From Macrostomum lignano (lineage: Eukaryota): a DNA stretch of 64,000 bases. Positions 49,730 to 60,480 of the stretch are shown here, in pieces. Both the position numbers and the translations under genes were made by a program. The notes beneath the pieces were generated by a model that was not told the DNA's origin, ran no database searches, and saw only the letters and a program-made list of their open reading frames with translations. The stretch covers positions 76,095-140,094 of the forward strand of contig NIVC01000729.1 in the NCBI GenBank assembly GCA_002269645.1. Direction: 5' to 3'. The first letter of the stretch is position 1, and each line of letters starts with the position of its first letter.

Positions 49730-50510
49730 TGGATTTTCCCAGGGCTGTGTACATTGGGGTGGGTAGGGATTCCCCTGGAACTGTACATTGTGGTAGGTAG
49801 GGATTTCCCTGGAACTGTACATTGTGGTGGGTAGGGATTTCCCTGGACCTGTAATTGGGGTGGGTAGGGATTCCTCTGGGACTTAAAGTAAAAATTAGTC
49901 AGGGATTTCCCGTTGACTGTGACCATTATGATAGGTTAAGGTACCCTCCGAAACTATGTACATTGAGATTTTTTAGTTGTTTGTATAATAAATCTATTTT
50001 CCGGGTACGTTGGGATTTCCCCGAGACATTGCACAGTGGGATTTCCCTAAGACCGTGTTAAATTGGATTTCCGCAAGACCGTGTTAAATGGGATTTCCCT
50101 GAGACTGTTCACAGTGGGAGTTCCTTGTGCCTGTATAAAATGTTATTTTCCTGTGTCTGTATACAAAGGGATTTCCCTGTGCCTGTATACAAAGGGATTT
50201 CCCTGTGCCTGTATACAATGGGATTTCCCTGAGACTGTATACAATGGGATTTCCCCGTGGCTGTATACAAAGGGATTTCCCTGTGTCTGTATACAATGGG
50301 ATTTCCCTGTGCCTGTACACAATGGAATTTCCCTTGATTTCCCGAGACCTTTAGGACGGGATTTCCTTGTGTCTGTACACAATGGGATTTCCTTGTGTCT
50401 GTACACAATGGGATTTCCTTGTGCCTGTATACAATGGGATTTCCCTGTGCCTGTATACAATGGAATTTCCCTTGATTTCCCCAGACCTTTAGGATAGGAT
50501 TTCCCCAAGA
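49730..50510. repeat. Minisatellite, ~26 bp TGTATACAATGGGATTTCCCTGTGCC
   Basis: Tandem array; about a dozen GGGATTTCCC. Confidence 0.93.
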
Positions 50511-50581
50511 CCCAAAGAGTTAGGGAAAAGTTTTTGGATGAGAGATTTCAAGCTACTCGCTTCGCTCACTACCTGCCGCAG

Positions 50582-50761
50582 GTGATCTCCCCGTGCGACA
50601 TGTCGGTGGTTTATCATTCCGAGATTGATCCGAACTCTGCAAACGTGCCGCAAAAGCAGAAGATGGCCGTAATCTGCGAAAGCATATTTGTTAATATTAG
50701 TCCGCCAGTGATTCAGACTCTGGTGAAGATTTCTTCTGTGCTGACTAATGCTCAAGCTCTG
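50582..50761 (+). CDS. VPS13: VPS13 exon 20
   Basis: VISPCDMSV...IFVNISPPVIQTLVKISSVL|GTGAGT. Confidence 0.92.
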
Positions 50762-51175
50762 GTGAGTGTTAATTGCTTCAGTTGTCTACCTGTGTTATTC
50801 AAATTGCTATACAGAATCTGCTTTTAAACTAAACTAAATTTGGCGCGTATAATTATAATTTTGTTAACAAAATCGATTATAAAAATTTATGTCTGTTTGT
50901 CTGAACTAGGACGGGATTGAAGGAATTGACGATCAGAGTGTTGAGGTATTCTTTTATTTTAGAGCTCAAGAAAGTTGCTTTTTTCTTCAACTGATTTTTT
51001 ACATAATTTCTTTGGCCAAGGTGAATTTTCCATGTTTTTTCCTCTGTCCAACATTTTTTTGGTCAAACATTATTTATTATTTTTTTCGATCCAGGCCCTC
51101 AAGGTTTCAATATTTTTCTAGGTTTAAGTATAAATTTTAACAATTAACGAATAATTTTCAACTTGCCTGTGCCAG

Positions 51176-51278
51176 GAAACCGCGGACAATGACAAACCGG
51201 CCGAGCCGAAACTCTATGAGAACGGCCTGTGGCAGGTGCGACCGATTGAGTCTGAGAATCTGCCTTTCCTTAGCACCG
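51176..51278 (+). CDS. VPS13: VPS13 exon 21
   Basis: ETADNDKPAEPKLYENGLWQVRPIESENLPFLST; G|GTGAGT. Confidence 0.88.
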
Positions 51279-51369
51279 GTGAGTGTACAGCAGGGGGGTG
51301 GTTAAATCTACTGCTTTATCTGAGGCTTTCTTGGCTTCGTGTTATTGTGTCACTGTCATTATATCAGTC

Positions 51370-51950
51370 CTATGTCACTCTCTTTCCTAATGTCACTCTC
51401 CTATCACTCCCAGTGTCACTCTCCTCACTCCCAATGTCACTCTCCTCTGGCTCCCAATGTCCAATGTCACTCTCCTCTGGCTCCCAATGTCACTCTCCTC
51501 TGGCTCCCAATGTCCAATGTCACTCTCTGGCTCCCAATGTCCCATGTCACTCTCCTCTGGCTCCCATTGTCACTCTCCTCTGGCTCTCAATGTCACTCTC
51601 CTCTGGCTCCCAATGTCACTCTCCTCTGGCTCTCAATGTCACTCTCCTCTGGCTCTCAATGTCACTCTCCTCTGGCTCCCAATGTCACTCTCCTCTGGCT
51701 CTCAATGTCACTCTCCTCTGGCTCTCAATGTCCAATGTCACTCTCCTCACTCTTAATGTCACTCTCCTCACTTCTAATGTCACTCTCCTCACTTCTAATG
51801 TCACTCTCCTCACTCCCAATGTCACTCGTCACTTCTAATGTCACTCTCCTCACTCCCAATGTCACTCTACTCACTCCAAATGTCACCCTCCTCACTCCAA
51901 ATGTCACTCTCCTCACTCCTAATTTCACTCGCCTCTCTCTCCTAATGTAA
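51370..51950. repeat. Minisatellite, ~23 bp CAATGTCACTCTCCTCTGGCTCC
   Basis: Tandem array. Confidence 0.93.
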
Positions 51951-52844
51951 CTTCTGTCTTCTTATTATTGGCCTCTCTCCTACGTCAACTCTTTTCCTCA
52001 CGTGTTACTCTCTTCTCTCCTCTGTCACTTTCTCCCTATCACACTGTCATTTCATATACCATTCTTATTCACCACTCTATGTTTTATTAATGCCAGTGTT
52101 TTCAAGGCTTACGGCTATCAACTGTAGTTCTCTAATCAGTTCTCTAGAACCAAACCAGTACGGTACATTGTCTAGTGCATGTAAAAATACATTTATGCAT
52201 TTATATTACTGTCCATGCTGGGAGTCCAGACGCACAGGCAGACAGACAATCACAGGCTATAAGAGCTCGTGAAAGCGTGCTCAAAACTAATAACACCCGG
52301 CCGCGTTGCGCGTGCTGTGGACTTAAAAGCATGCACTACTGACCGACACTTATTGATTGAGAAGGGGGGGAGTGTTCTTCTAGTAGCACTCAATGCTGCA
52401 ACCAGATTTTGTTGCCGGTGTTACAATTGTGCCGAAAGGGAACAGAAAGTTTCGCTTGACTCTTCCGTGAGTCCGCCAGTCGTGAGTTTTAAGCTTTCTT
52501 TGAGCAGAAACTTTTTTTCCTAACTGGTAGTTATAGTTAGTTTCTGCCCTTGCCAGTGCCGCGGCCGACTGCTTTTTATTTGGTTCAAAATGCAGCGCCA
52601 CTGCTGCCTCTCTCCGTCTGTCTGTCTCGCTCATTTCCTGCACACGTGCGGACTCTGGCTTCACATTGCACCCCTATATTTCTCTCTGTGTGCGCCTCTT
52701 CGCTCATTTTCGAGGCTATACGTTTATATATTGGAATGCCAATTGAATTTGGCTCCGAAGTTTGACCAGAGTTCGTCAAATAAAATTAATTTGTTGACAG
52801 TGGGTGTTTAAATTTTTTGGCAAATTGTATGCGAAAAGAGATGC

Positions 52845-52848
<4 letters not shown>

Positions 52849-52915
<67 letters not shown>

Positions 52916-52930
52916 AAAAGAGAGAGAGAG
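52849..52930. repeat. (GA)n microsatellite
   Basis: Direct observation. Confidence 0.95.
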
Positions 52931-53113
52931 ATGGACAACACTTGAACTGCTGGTGCGTACACAGTACATTACACACGATCGCAAAAAGTCCGCACTGTGG
53001 AGCAGTCATATAATTTATTCAGTTGTCTATGGTAAAATTCCGCGAGCCCCGAGACTCTCGCGCGACCAACCCCCCATCCAAGGCACATAGAGTTTACAAT
53101 GCCTAACGATTAA

Positions 53114-53346
53114 GGGGGGCTCTAGCCTAGTGGTTAGGGCGTCGGAGTCACGACTTGAAAGGTCGTCATTATGCGTCATTGGTCAAGACTCTTACCAACA
53201 TAAGCTGGGGTAATTGAGAGTGTGTTTGTGTGTATGTGTGGCGACCCCCCAGTCCTTGGACTGAGCAGCCGTACGCAACCTTCCGATGCGCCGCGCGATA
53301 GCTGCGACTGAGCTGTCGGTTGTACATGTGCCGATTAGGGCACTGG
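53114..53346 (+). mobile_element. tRNA-derived SINE (A box present, B box lost)
   Basis: GGGGGGCTCTAGCCTAGTGGTTAGGGCGTCGG tRNA-like head; body shared with 62920-63043. Confidence 0.7.
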
Positions 53347-53750
53347 TTTTTTTACACTTCAGGCTCTGGGTTTGGGTCTTGTTGAATCAGCGCTGTTGGT
53401 AGTTGAAAGTGCAACCTTTTTGAGTCATCCGCTATCATGGTTATCTGAATATGCATAGGTTACTTCTATGGGCCTCGAGCGAACTGGTTGGACCCAGTGT
53501 CCAGAAGAATTGTACCCTATCTGCAACATCTCAGTGCGTCTTTGTTTAAGTTCTCGATTCATGTGTTATCGAAAAGTTGGCAAACCTTTTTATTTGGCGT
53601 TACAATTTTGTAGTTTAAAAATTGAGCAAAGAACAATTTTTTTGCATTGTTCTGTTCAAACCTGTTTAAAAACTTAACTGCTCACTTTTTGTTGTGATAA
53701 AACTGACACTTGTATAGAATGATTTTTTTATATTGCTTCCTCATGCGCAG

Positions 53751-53842
53751 ACGCAACTTCTCCCGATGGTACAGCCATGGCTGAGCAAGGCTTCGATGTT
53801 GGGGCCGCCTTGGACGAGATTGAACAGCGCCGAAAGCAGGAG
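53751..53842 (+). CDS. VPS13: VPS13 exon 22 (last exon found in the window)
   Basis: GCGCAG|AC GCA...; DATSPDGTAMAEQGFDVGAALDEIEQRRKQE|GTAGGT; phase 1 to 0. Weakly conserved, supported mainly by phase and splice sites. Confidence 0.75.
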
Positions 53843-53889
53843 GTAGGTTTCTGTCTTGCTTAAATTAGAATGGCAGTTTTATTGATATT

Positions 53890-54545
53890 ATTGTTTAGTG
53901 CACTTTTAGGGAGAGAGGCGGGCGGAGTGGGGTGGGGCACTTTATGGGAGAGAGACGGGCGGAGTGAGGTGGGGCACTTTTAGGGAGAGAGGCGGGCGGA
54001 GTGAGGTGGGGCACTTTAAGGGAGAGAGGCGGGCAGAGTGAGGTGGGGCACTTTAAGGGAGAGAGACGGGCAGAGTGAGGCGGGGCACTTTTAGGGAGAG
54101 AGGCGGGCGGAGTGGGGTGGGGCACTTTAAGGGAGAGAGGTGGGCGGAGTGGGGTGGGGCACTTTTAGGGAGAGAGGTGGGCGGAGTGGGGTGGGGCACT
54201 TTTAGGGAGAGAGGCGGGCGGAGTGAGTTGGGGCACTTTAAGGGAGAGAGGCGGGCAGAGTGAGGTGGGGCACTTTAAGGGAGAGAGACGGGCAGAGTGA
54301 GGCGGGGCACTTTTAGGGAGAGAGGCGGGCGGAGTGGGGTGGGGCACTTTAAGGGAGAGAGGTGGGCGGAGTGGGGTGGGGCACTTTTAGGGAGAGAGGT
54401 GGGCGGAGTGGGGTGGGGCACTTTTAGGGAGAGAGGCGGGCGGAGTGGGGTGGGGCACTTTATGGGAGAGAGACGGGCGGAGTGAGGTGGGGCACTTTTG
54501 GGAGAGAAGCGGTCGGAGTGGGGTGGGGCACTCTATGTAGAGAGG
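53890..54545. repeat. G-rich minisatellite, 37 bp GAGAGAGGCGGGCGGAGTGGGGTGGGGCACTTTTAGG
   Basis: Tandem array. Confidence 0.95.
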
Positions 54546-56303
54546 CGAGCGTAAAAATTCATTTATATTGGGAAAATTAGAAATGTTTGGGTTGTTATAG
54601 AGGCTCAGTAAGGCCAAGATTAAGAAACAAAAAATACCTATATAACCAGACGTGTTTATTAGCTTCATAATATCTTAATTGGTTGTATCTTGCTCACGAT
54701 TTTGCTATCATTGTCAAGGACAGCCGGACCCTATAGTTGACCTCAATTTACTCAAGTCAGTGTATTTTGTATTCGTGAATCAGTCTCAGACACGTGTGTA
54801 ACACAAGTCAGGCGGTTATTGTGTATAATTACTAAGTCTTTTTTTAACAATGGGTCTCTCGTCGGTAACTTTGCCCTGCCTCAAAGGCACTGCGGGATGC
54901 CAAGCCTTAAGCGGCGCATTGCCGACTGAGAGAAAAAGGGAATTGTGCGCTTTTTTTAAAAAAAAAGATCCTACCCCTGTTCAGGAAGAGTTATGGGAGC
55001 TAGGCTAAGGTATTTTCCCCATCTTCTCCTTTACGACTGGGCAAGTAAAGTCTGCTTCGCCTAAGATGAATTGTTTTGTTGTTTAGAAATAAATACAACT
55101 CATACTGCCATGCTATAGAAATCGATCAAATTTATTGGCGATCCCCATTATTAAAGTTTAGATTTCGCACGATTTTACAAGTTGTCACACTGAGCGCAGT
55201 AAGCTGATTGATTGAATGTCTTGCCGTCACCCTTTCATCGCTCGCTTCTTACTTTGCTTAACGCCTCCTGTGCCCAGTTCTACGAGTTTAAGTTCTCACT
55301 CAGCCCCGCGTACCACAAATCTCGTCTCTTCCCACTCGCCGTGACCCTCCATGCAGCTCTCGGACCCGCTAACTGTTCCCCCCTATAGTCGTACTTGTAG
55401 GAATTTGATTAGCATAAGTGGACTTCGGGAAGTGAGGTCGTCTGCTGCTACTGTTTCTGCCTTCTGCTGCTTTTGGAGGTCGAACCCCCTCCCCCATATG
55501 TCCCTCATCGCTCTCTCTCTCCCCCTCTCTCTCTCATCTGACGAAAGGCCACTCATGCATTCCAATAGCTGGAGACTGGGCTATGAAACGCTTGTGTGAG
55601 CCCGCGTTTGTGTGTATGTGTGCGCGCGCGCGTGTGTGTGACTTGGCTTAAAATTGTGCTGACTGCTTCTGGGTTCGATTTAAAGCCAGGGCTTAAGACC
55701 TCTGGCCTGAGTCGGGTCAGAAATGCGATATGATTTGCTCTCTTTCCCCTGCTTCCCTTATCTGGCACTGTCTCAAATAAAGCATCTTAGACGATTGAAC
55801 ACTGTTGACTCTCGCTTGTGAGTCTCAGTTAAAAAAGTCAACTCTATATGCATCAGTATATAAGTTTGCGGTTCATCATACCATCAACTAAATAATCATT
55901 GTATTTGTCTCTCTGATTAAAATCTTAGCATCAACGTTAGCTTTGATTATTGAGGCATCAATTCTTTGAAACTGGCTTTCTATCGAGAAAATCGTAGCTA
56001 ATTTAACACCATATTATATAACGAAGACACAATGTAAAACAACATTTGAAGTGTGTTTCATTGTCTTGCAAAAATTAATGCAATGCTTTAGTAATAATAC
56101 ATGCATGCGATAAATATACATAATTCATATACAACAGTTTCAAATTTAAAAGTTTTGTAACAAATACGCTCAAGTATATTGAAAAATATCTACTAGGACA
56201 AGAAAAACTGAATGAAATACGACGCAATGTGTGTCCGATCAGTTGGTTCTTTGTTTAAAAAACCCGTCATTGGTTAATTGGACCCTGACTCACACCCACG
56301 CGT

Positions 56304-58946
56304 TTAGAGCGTGGCTTCGTTGTAACTCACCGCCGACTCATCGTCTTCTGGCGATCGGAATGTTGACATGCGCGAAGTCCTTGGGAATGTGACCACGCTA
56401 GGGTAGAGGCTCAGGCTGCTGACGCTTGGTACCCGACTGTTTGATAGGGCCACCTGACTGCCCTGCTGATGCCGAGTGCACTGGTGCTGCTGGCTATTCA
56501 ACAGCTGCAGCTGATGTTGATGCTGAAGCTGTTGCTGAAGCTGCCGTTCAGCCGATGTGTCGTAGACGTTGGAGTAGCTCACGCACTCTTGCGGGGTTTT
56601 GTTCAATAAGCCGCCTCGTTGGTCTTCGTTAAGAGTTTGAAAGCTGGACGAATAGTCTCGCGTGTTACTCGATGCCGTCTTCGACGCCGCCAGCTGGTCC
56701 ACTGTTCTCAGCGGCATTCTGTACAGGACCTGCTTCCAGAAGTTCTTCTTGCCGTAGCGAACTATTGACTTACTGGCTGCCGCATTGCGTCTAACCAAAT
56801 TCTGCGGCAGGTGCTTAATGTTTGGAAACAAAATATGAATCAGCCTATTGGCCTGACGGGGCTGAGTTCTGGTTAGAAAGGTGACAGTCAGTTGATAATC
56901 TGTACACACGTCCACGTCTGAGATGAAGCTCTCTGTAATCACCGCTATGACCCGTTTGCTATTCTCTACCGCGTGGCACACGGCGCTATACGTTAGTAGG
57001 CCCGGAATGCAGGCTCTGTCATGTGTGCAGAGGACGTAGGGACTCTTCCTGTTAGTTAGCTTTTCTAGTAGCACGGATATAACCCAGTCGCTGTCGCTTG
57101 GATGGAACAACACAAAAGCGTCACAGCGCTTCAGCTCACCGTTGCACTCGTCGCGATCAAACGGATGAAAGCCGAACCTAGTAAATAGGCTCACCCTTGC
57201 GCAGAAAAGCAAGAAAAAGGCCAGCGTTATCAGCGCTAAGACGCCGCTGACAGCTGACGAGCTGAGCGCCAGCTGATCGTAGCTTCGATTTGAAGACCTT
57301 GGATCGGGCCGATCGCAGAAGTCCTTCAGTCTCATTTCGAGCAGCGGCCTGTTAAATAGCCACGTTGGCTCAGCGCAGCGTATCTCGTTTTCGTGTCTCA
57401 GGTAGGGTCGCATCTTATGCAGCCATTCGCTCATCCAGCTGTTGTTACAGTGGCAGGACCAGGGATTATGATCCAATCGCATCTCTTTCAAGTGCGGAAA
57501 CATCAGCTCGACAATCTGCCTGTCCAGCGCGGTGAACAGATTGTGATTGAGGTTGATTACCTCCAGGCGTCTTAGCTTGTTAAAAAACTTTACAGGCATT
57601 GTTTCAATGCCGGTGCCTCGCAGATCCAACGTTTGCGCGTCTTTGTAGACGCTTGGCATACCTGGCAGGCTTCTTGACAGGCGGCTGGCGCTAAAGTTAA
57701 ATCGGTACACGTATTGATCTGGCAAGTCTGTCATTTCTCTTCTGTGCAGCAGGCGGCCTAGGTTCACACCAAAGCAATCGACTGATATAGTCTTACGCCA
57801 AGGCTCTTCGGTACATGTACACTGTTCGTTGTTGCACTTGTCCCGGCATACGAGGTCTTCTCGCTTCAGTAGTAGTTTGAATGCTGAGTTGAATACTGAC
57901 TGATAGTTTAGACTCAATGGCTTCACGCAGTACGGTAGAGCCATCGGATCCGGTAAGAAATGAGAAATGTTACTTGCTGATACGTACATGTTGTAGTCCA
58001 AACAGTCGCACTCCAGGGGGTTCTGATGCAAACTGATGATGGTGATTGCATGCCGGGCGCCCAGCACTCTGATTGTCTTGTCGTCCATGTTCCATCCTCT
58101 AATCAGATCTATCAGGTGTCTCACCCTGTTGTTAGTCAGGCTCAGGACTAGGTTGATTCTAGTGACAAGTTCTTTTGTCCAGCGAATGTGAGTCGCAAAA
58201 TTCTGTCTTGGGTCTGGACTGCCTTCCGTGTCATCAAAGCGTTGAATTCGATTGTGATCGAGCAATATACGCAGCTTCTCCTCGCTGTGCATTGCTCGAA
58301 TCTTAAGTGGCCAGTTGGCAAGAGCTTCCAATTTGTTGTACGATAAATCGATGTAGTTTAAGTAGTTGGCAGACGATTCAAATGCCTTTGAAGAGACATA
58401 GCGTATTTGATTGTGTATGATGCTGAGCTTCTGCAAGGACGGTGTAGCTAGACAGTAGTCTGTCAGATTCACTAACAAATTTCTGTCTAGTACGATCTCT
58501 TTGAGCTCTTTGAACGGACTAAACATCCTTGGTGGAAGCTGTCTGATTCTATTGTCGGTCAGGTTGAGATGGGTCAGCTTGGTGAGCAGTGCTAGCTTGG
58601 GTAGAACGTCCTGCATTCGCTCCACCCCAGACATGACTAGCACGTTGAGATCGACCAGAGCTGGGCATTCGATCAGCCTGGCAACCAGCTCGCCGCTGCC
58701 CTGTGCGTAGCCGCAGTCCAGGCTGAGATGGTACTGCGCATAAGCGTAGCGAAACTCGCACTGTCTGCACTGCGTTGGGCAATAGCGCCTGCACTGCACC
58801 AGCCGGTCCTTCAGACTGGCTGACCCCGTTGCGCTGCCTACAATGGCAGATTGTAGCGACGGCAGATGCAGTGACAGCAGCTGCAACACTAGCAATAGTA
58901 GCTTCCCCGATTGCAGCCGTTCCATGTTCTGTTGAAGATCAGTCAT
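56304..58946 (-). CDS. Toll-like receptor, multiple-cysteine-cluster (protostome) type, single coding exon, 880 aa
   Basis: Hydrophobic signal (LLLLVLQLLSL), Cys-rich LRRNT, LxxLxLxxN repeats, LRRCT NPLECDC, second LRRNT (C..C.C....VDC), more LRRs, LRRCT NPWSCHC, TM (SAVSGVLALITLAFFLLFCA), HPFDRDEC linker, TIR box1 CDAFVLF, box2 LCTHDRACIPG, box3 FWKQ. Start at 58946 or 58925. Confidence 0.93.
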   Translation of the reverse strand: MTDLQQNMERLQSGKLLLLVLQLLSLHLPSLQSAIVGSATGSASLKDRLVQCRRYCPTQCRQCEFRYAYAQYHLSLDCGYAQGSGELVARLIECPALVDLNVLVMSGVERMQDVLPKLALLTKLTHLNLTDNRIRQLPPRMFSPFKELKEIVLDRNLLVNLTDYCLATPSLQKLSIIHNQIRYVSSKAFESSANYLNYIDLSYNKLEALANWPLKIRAMHSEEKLRILLDHNRIQRFDDTEGSPDPRQNFATHIRWTKELVTRINLVLSLTNNRVRHLIDLIRGWNMDDKTIRVLGARHAITIISLHQNPLECDCLDYNMYVSASNISHFLPDPMALPYCVKPLSLNYQSVFNSAFKLLLKREDLVCRDKCNNEQCTCTEEPWRKTISVDCFGVNLGRLLHRREMTDLPDQYVYRFNFSASRLSRSLPGMPSVYKDAQTLDLRGTGIETMPVKFFNKLRRLEVINLNHNLFTALDRQIVELMFPHLKEMRLDHNPWSCHCNNSWMSEWLHKMRPYLRHENEIRCAEPTWLFNRPLLEMRLKDFCDRPDPRSSNRSYDQLALSSSAVSGVLALITLAFFLLFCARVSLFTRFGFHPFDRDECNGELKRCDAFVLFHPSDSDWVISVLLEKLTNRKSPYVLCTHDRACIPGLLTYSAVCHAVENSKRVIAVITESFISDVDVCTDYQLTVTFLTRTQPRQANRLIHILFPNIKHLPQNLVRRNAAASKSIVRYGKKNFWKQVLYRMPLRTVDQLAASKTASSNTRDYSSSFQTLNEDQRGGLLNKTPQECVSYSNVYDTSAERQLQQQLQHQHQLQLLNSQQHQCTRHQQGSQVALSNSRVPSVSSLSLYPSVVTFPRTSRMSTFRSPEDDESAVSYNEATL

Positions 58947-60189
58947 TCACCGACGTCTAGGACTTCGAATTGCCGGGCGATTCGTTCATTTCGCAGTTTC
59001 CTTGGAGACCTGTGTGTGTGCGTTTCTGTGCGTTGCTTCGTTCTCGATCTCCGGTGTTTTTTTTAATTATACGCTTCAATGGCTTCTGTAACTGTCGCAG
59101 TAGGAATTGACTTCGAAGTCTCAATATTGACTTAGCTCTTCAATTTTTTGCCGGAGCTGTCTCTTTTTCCTAAGACCTCTCGCAACCTGAAGTGTCACCT
59201 GCTTTTAAAAGCTGATTTTTTCCCAAAATCGGGCCAAGTCTGAGCGGTGGCTCCCACTCCCTGCCGTCCATCCCCAATCCTTCTCCTCCCTCTCTGTCCC
59301 TGCCTCCCCAGTGCAGGTTTTGCAATGCTTCGCTTCACTGGTTTGATTGGACTTCCATGCGCCTGTCCAATCAAGCTTTAGTCTCTTTCTATTGCCACGC
59401 CACGAGAAACTCTTGGCCGCCTGCTGCACACTTTCTCGGACTCGGGGGGAGCGAGAGTTCTTTCGTGCTTTTAAAATTTTTTAGGAAGTTTTTTTTCTTC
59501 TATCAACTTTAAGCAGCGTCCCGGTTGCATTGTTTGGGTCAGCTGGAATGTGTTTGACCGCGCAACTTTCACTTTGTATTGAATAGCCACGTCCGCTAGC
59601 TCAAGATGCCTGTCGCTTTACATTCACTCGCTAGAGCTACACGCACTTTCAGGATCCCTATTTTAACTTTCTATAGTTTATAATTTGAGGTTAACCGTTA
59701 ATAAAAGATCTTTATTGGCTATACATGTAGACTTTTCTCTGAGCGGCAAGGCATCGGATTTTATTGTCGCGCACATCGGTACAGTCGTCTCTCTGGCGGG
59801 ACTCGTGTATCTCACAGTCGCCAGCGCATTTCCGTGACTGCTGATGCAGAATTTCTCAATGCGGATTCTTGCCACCGCGAGTCTATTACTTGTTATAATG
59901 TCTCTCACTTCCGTATTCCATGTCTGTTAAGCATCAGGCTACATGACTAAACCAAGTTTAACTGCTGTAACAGCCCTTCTCTCTGTTGTCATTGTCATTC
60001 ATTCTCAATGCCGTTTTAGGAAGAACTTTATTGACTTTAACGCCAAAAAGTGTATTTTTGGTACCTATTGTACAAAACAGGTAAGAAAAGAGTAGAGAAA
60101 AGAAGAGAGAGAGAGAAAACGAAATGAGAAAAGGGTAGCCAGTTGAGACAGAATGAAGGAGACTGGTGAGAGAAAGGGTGAGAGAGGAT

Positions 60190-60480
60190 CAGATAAGAGA
60201 GACAGGTGAGATCGAGAGATGGAGACAGGTGGGATCGAGAGGGGAGACAGATGAGATCGAGAGGGGGAGACAGGTGAGATCGAGAGATGGAGACAGGTGG
60301 GATCGAGAGGGGAGACAGATGAGATCGAGAGGGGGAGACAGGTGGGATCAATAGGGAGAGACAGGTGGGATCGAGAGGGGAAGACAGGTAGGAGCTAGAG
60401 GGGGAGACAGGTGGGATCGAGAAGGAGAGACAGGTGGGATCGAGAGGGGAGACAGGTAGAAGCGAGATGGGGGAGACAAG
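60190..60480. repeat. Minisatellite GAGACAGGTG(A/G)GATCGAGAGGG
   Basis: Tandem array. Confidence 0.9.

Noticed and set aside
53114-53175. tRNA gene
   Set aside because: No B box, T arm or acceptor-stem closure; better explained as a SINE head.
54850-54935. HDV-like ribozyme interpretation of the fold
   Set aside because: No P1 pairing partner and no J4/2 catalytic C segment on either strand.
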